Shown piece after piece: positions 60,982-63,262 of a stretch of DNA of 63,262 nt (positions are counted from its first letter, which is position 1; each line of letters opens with the position of its first letter). The position numbers were made by a program, and so were the translations under genes. The stretch comes from Acidimicrobiia bacterium. GTDB lineage: Bacteria; Actinomycetota; Acidimicrobiia; Spongiisociales; ZC4RG35. The stretch covers positions 1 to 63,262 of the forward strand of contig DATDPT010000004.1 in assembly GCA_035292605.1 (NCBI GenBank). The letters are read 5' to 3'. The notes under the pieces are model-generated. The model was not told where the DNA came from. It searched no databases and saw only the letters and a list, made by a program, of their open reading frames with translations.

Positions 60982-63262
60982 CCGGGCTCGAGTCGTCGAC
61001 GCGAACTGGGCTGACCACCGAGGAAGCCGCCCGGCGATTGGAACTGCATGGTCCCAACCGGCTCCCGCCGTCCCCCCGACCGGGAGTCTGGCGTCATCTG
61101 GTCGGCCAGTTCTTCCATTTCTTCGCCTTGATGCTGTGGGGGGCGGGAATCCTGGCGACCGTGGCCGGCTTGCCGGAGCTTGGGATCGCCATCCTCGCCG
61201 TGATCGTCTTCAACGGGTTATTCGCCTTCGTCCAGGAGTACCGAGCTGAACGCGCCGGGGAGCGGCTACGCGAGATCGTGCCCCGCCTGGCCACCGTGAT
61301 CCGGGCTGGGCAGCCCCGAGAGATCGACGCCGCGGAGCTGGTGCCTGGCGATGTGGTTGTGCTGATCGGAGGCAACCGGGTGAGTGCCGATCTGAAGGTG
61401 GTGGAAGCCCATTCGGTCAAGGTGGACGAGTCGATCCTGACCGGAGAAAGCGCCACTGTGGACAAGGGCTCGGATGACGATCTCTTCTCGGGCACCTTCG
61501 TGGTCGAGGGGGAAGGTTTGGCGGTAGCCGTGGCCACCGGAGGCCAGACGCGGCTGGCGTCGGTCGCGGTTCTCACCACCGAGGTGCAGAGGCCGATTAC
61601 TCCACTCGCCTTGCAGCTTCCGCAATTGGTGCGCACGATCGCCTTCATCACCGCCGGAGTCGGGCTGGCGTTTTTCGCGATCAGCCTGAGCTTGGGTGTC
61701 CCCGCCCGGTCGGGGTTCATCTTCGGGGTGGGGGTGATGGTGGCCCTGGTGCCCGAAGCGCTTCTGCCGACCGTGACCTTGTCGCTTGCGATCGGGGCTC
61801 AGAGGATGGCCCGACACCACGCCCTGGTCCGCCGTCTGGAGGCCGTTGAAACCCTGGGCTCCACCACATTCATCTGCACCGACAAGACCGGAACGATCAC
61901 CCAAAACCGGATGGCGGTGGTCGAGGTTTGGACCCCGGTCGGAAGTGTCACCATCGATGGGGTCGGCTACGAGCCGCACGGCGAAGTGGAGAGCCCTTCT
62001 CCTCAAGTGTTGGACAAGGTCAGGGAGATCGCGCGAGCAGCTCGCCGCTGCTCGACCGGGCGAGCCGTGTTGCAGGACTCGGCGTGGGTGGCTGTCGGGG
62101 ATCCGATGGAGGCGGCTCTCGACGTTCTCGCCTGGAGAGTCGGGTTGGGGGTCGACGAGGAGGAGGCTGCCGATCCCGAGCGTGGCCGCTATCCGTTCGA
62201 TGCACGACGTCGGCGCATGTCGGTGCTGACCACCCGCTATCTGTATGTGAAGGGTGCTCCCGACGCCGTCTTCCCGGTCTGTTCCAACGCCACTCAGGAG
62301 GCCTACGAGGCACTCCAGAAACTCACGCGCCAGGGTCTGCGGGTCCTGGCGGTGGCGGCCCGCCCTGCCGGCGACGACGTCCCGGCGGAGATCGAATCAG
62401 CGGAACGGGGCCTGGAGCTGTGGGGGCTGATCGGTCTCCAGGACCCGCCGCGCCCGGGGGCGGCGGACTCGATCGCGGCCTGCCGGAAGGCTGGGCTCAG
62501 TATCGCCTTGGTCACCGGGGACCACCCCGACACCGCCAAGGCGATCGCCGACGAGGTCGGATTGTCCCTGCCAGGGGCTCCCACCCTCACCGGGCGTCAG
62601 CTTCCCTCAAACGAAGCGCTTCTGGCCGCACTGGTGGATCACGACGGGGCGGTGATCAGCCGAGTGACTCCCGAGGACAAGCAACGCATCGCCCGTGCCC
62701 TGCAGAGCCACGGACACGTGGTCGCCATGACTGGAGACGGCGTCAACGACGGGCCCGCGCTGCGAGAGGCCGACATCGGTGTGGCGATGGGGCGGACCGG
62801 TACCGACGTCGCCCGCGAGGCTGCCGACCTGGTCCTCCTCGACGACGACCTGGCCACCATTGTCGCCGCCATCAGGCAGGGGAGAGCCACGTTCGCCAAC
62901 GCTCGCCGCTTTCTCACCTATCACCTGACCGACAACGTCGCCGAGCTCACCCCCTTCTTGATATGGGCTCTGACAGCGAACCACATCCCTCTTGCACTGG
63001 GAATCCTCCAGATCCTCGCCCTCGACATCGGTACCGACACCTTTTCCGCAACTGCTTTGGGAGCCGAGCCCGCCCACCGGCGGATTTCCGAGGACCTGCC
63101 CAACACCGGCCGACTGCTCGACCGCAAGGTCGCGTTCCGTGCCTTCGGCCTGCTCGGTCCCGCCGAGGCTCTTGCAGAAATGGCGGCCTTCTTCGCGGTG
63201 TTCCTCGCCGCGGGGTGGCGACCCGGTGAGACTTTTCCCAGCAGCGTCATCCCTGCGGCTTC
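60978..63262 (+). CDS. P-type ATPase, P2A/CtpF-like cation pump (3' end runs off the right edge)
   Basis: Absent from the ORF track because it has no stop in the window. My translation is MTGLESSTRTGLTTEEAARRLELHGPNRLPP...FFHFFALMLW. It contains TGES, FICTDKTGTITQNRM, MTGDGVNDGPALREADIGVAMG and LTYHLTDNVAEL. Confidence 0.9.
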   Translation, partial: MTGLESSTRTGLTTEEAARRLELHGPNRLPPSPRPGVWRHLVGQFFHFFALMLWGAGILATVAGLPELGIAILAVIVFNGLFAFVQEYRAERAGERLREIVPRLATVIRAGQPREIDAAELVPGDVVVLIGGNRVSADLKVVEAHSVKVDESILTGESATVDKGSDDDLFSGTFVVEGEGLAVAVATGGQTRLASVAVLTTEVQRPITPLALQLPQLVRTIAFITAGVGLAFFAISLSLGVPARSGFIFGVGVMVALVPEALLPTVTLSLAIGAQRMARHHALVRRLEAVETLGSTTFICTDKTGTITQNRMAVVEVWTPVGSVTIDGVGYEPHGEVESPSPQVLDKVREIARAARRCSTGRAVLQDSAWVAVGDPMEAALDVLAWRVGLGVDEEEAADPERGRYPFDARRRRMSVLTTRYLYVKGAPDAVFPVCSNATQEAYEALQKLTRQGLRVLAVAARPAGDDVPAEIESAERGLELWGLIGLQDPPRPGAADSIAACRKAGLSIALVTGDHPDTAKAIADEVGLSLPGAPTLTGRQLPSNEALLAALVDHDGAVISRVTPEDKQRIARALQSHGHVVAMTGDGVNDGPALREADIGVAMGRTGTDVAREAADLVLLDDDLATIVAAIRQGRATFANARRFLTYHLTDNVAELTPFLIWALTANHIPLALGILQILALDIGTDTFSATALGAEPAHRRISEDLPNTGRLLDRKVAFRAFGLLGPAEALAEMAAFFAVFLAAGWRPGETFPSSVIPAA

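Noticed and set aside
1-63262. Looked for tRNA/rRNA genes, CRISPR arrays, insertion sequences, integrases and prophage genes.
   Set aside because: Intergenic spaces are short (mostly under 150 bp) and contained no cloverleaf-like or repeat-spacer structure that I could see. No ORF has transposase, integrase or phage signatures. tRNAscan-SE, Infernal and ISfinder scans would be needed to exclude small elements formally.

Overview
High-GC, gene-dense chromosomal window that looks Actinomycetota-like. That assignment is an inference from frequent GTG/TTG starts, several starts with no Shine-Dalgarno (SD) sequence, LigD-type NHEJ parts, PspA, CtpE/CtpF-like P-type ATPases and an ECF sigma factor with a SnoaL-like tail. 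I support about 45 protein genes. Two of them are truncated at the window edges and absent from the ORF track: an aminotransferase at 1..785(-) and a P-type ATPase at 60978..63262(+). I recognised no rRNA, tRNA, CRISPR array, transposase or integrase. Housekeeping or ordinary content: split LigD (phosphoesterase+ligase at 870; polymerase domain at 59412), ArsR-AHSA1 pair, two large adenylate/guanylate-cyclase-AAA/TPR regulators, two P-type ATPases, M28 aminopeptidase, PhoX-like phosphatase, DinB, SPFH protein, PFOR plus a DHOD-like partner, MgtE, ECF sigma, Rieske protein, alpha/beta hydrolase. Envelope block at 29-44 kb: DUF4389 protein, TPM-like membrane protein, PspA, a 2820-aa cyclic beta-1,2-glucan-synthase homologue, YhhN lysoplasmalogenase, DUF445. 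The most accessory-looking stretch is about 18-29 kb and is visibly more A/T-rich around 22.3-25.8 kb. My best candidates for undescribed biology are in that stretch. (1) An animal-type polypeptide-GalNAc-transferase-like enzyme sits next to a Pro/Thr tandem-repeat protein. (2) A cPLA2/patatin-like lipase has its catalytic domain interrupted by a polytopic membrane insertion and is co-transcribed with a membrane protein. (3) An M14 carboxypeptidase has its prodomain-like segment encoded as a separate, translationally coupled ORF and ends in a Trp-rich tail. (4) An acidic protein is paired with a stand-alone ComEC-type MBL nuclease-like protein. Also notable are an XRE plus minimal-nucleotidyltransferase pair behind a near-perfect 34-bp palindrome, and SD-equipped mini-ORFs directly upstream of both P-type ATPase genes. 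All family calls come from motifs read by eye and remembered consensus sequences; no database search was possible.
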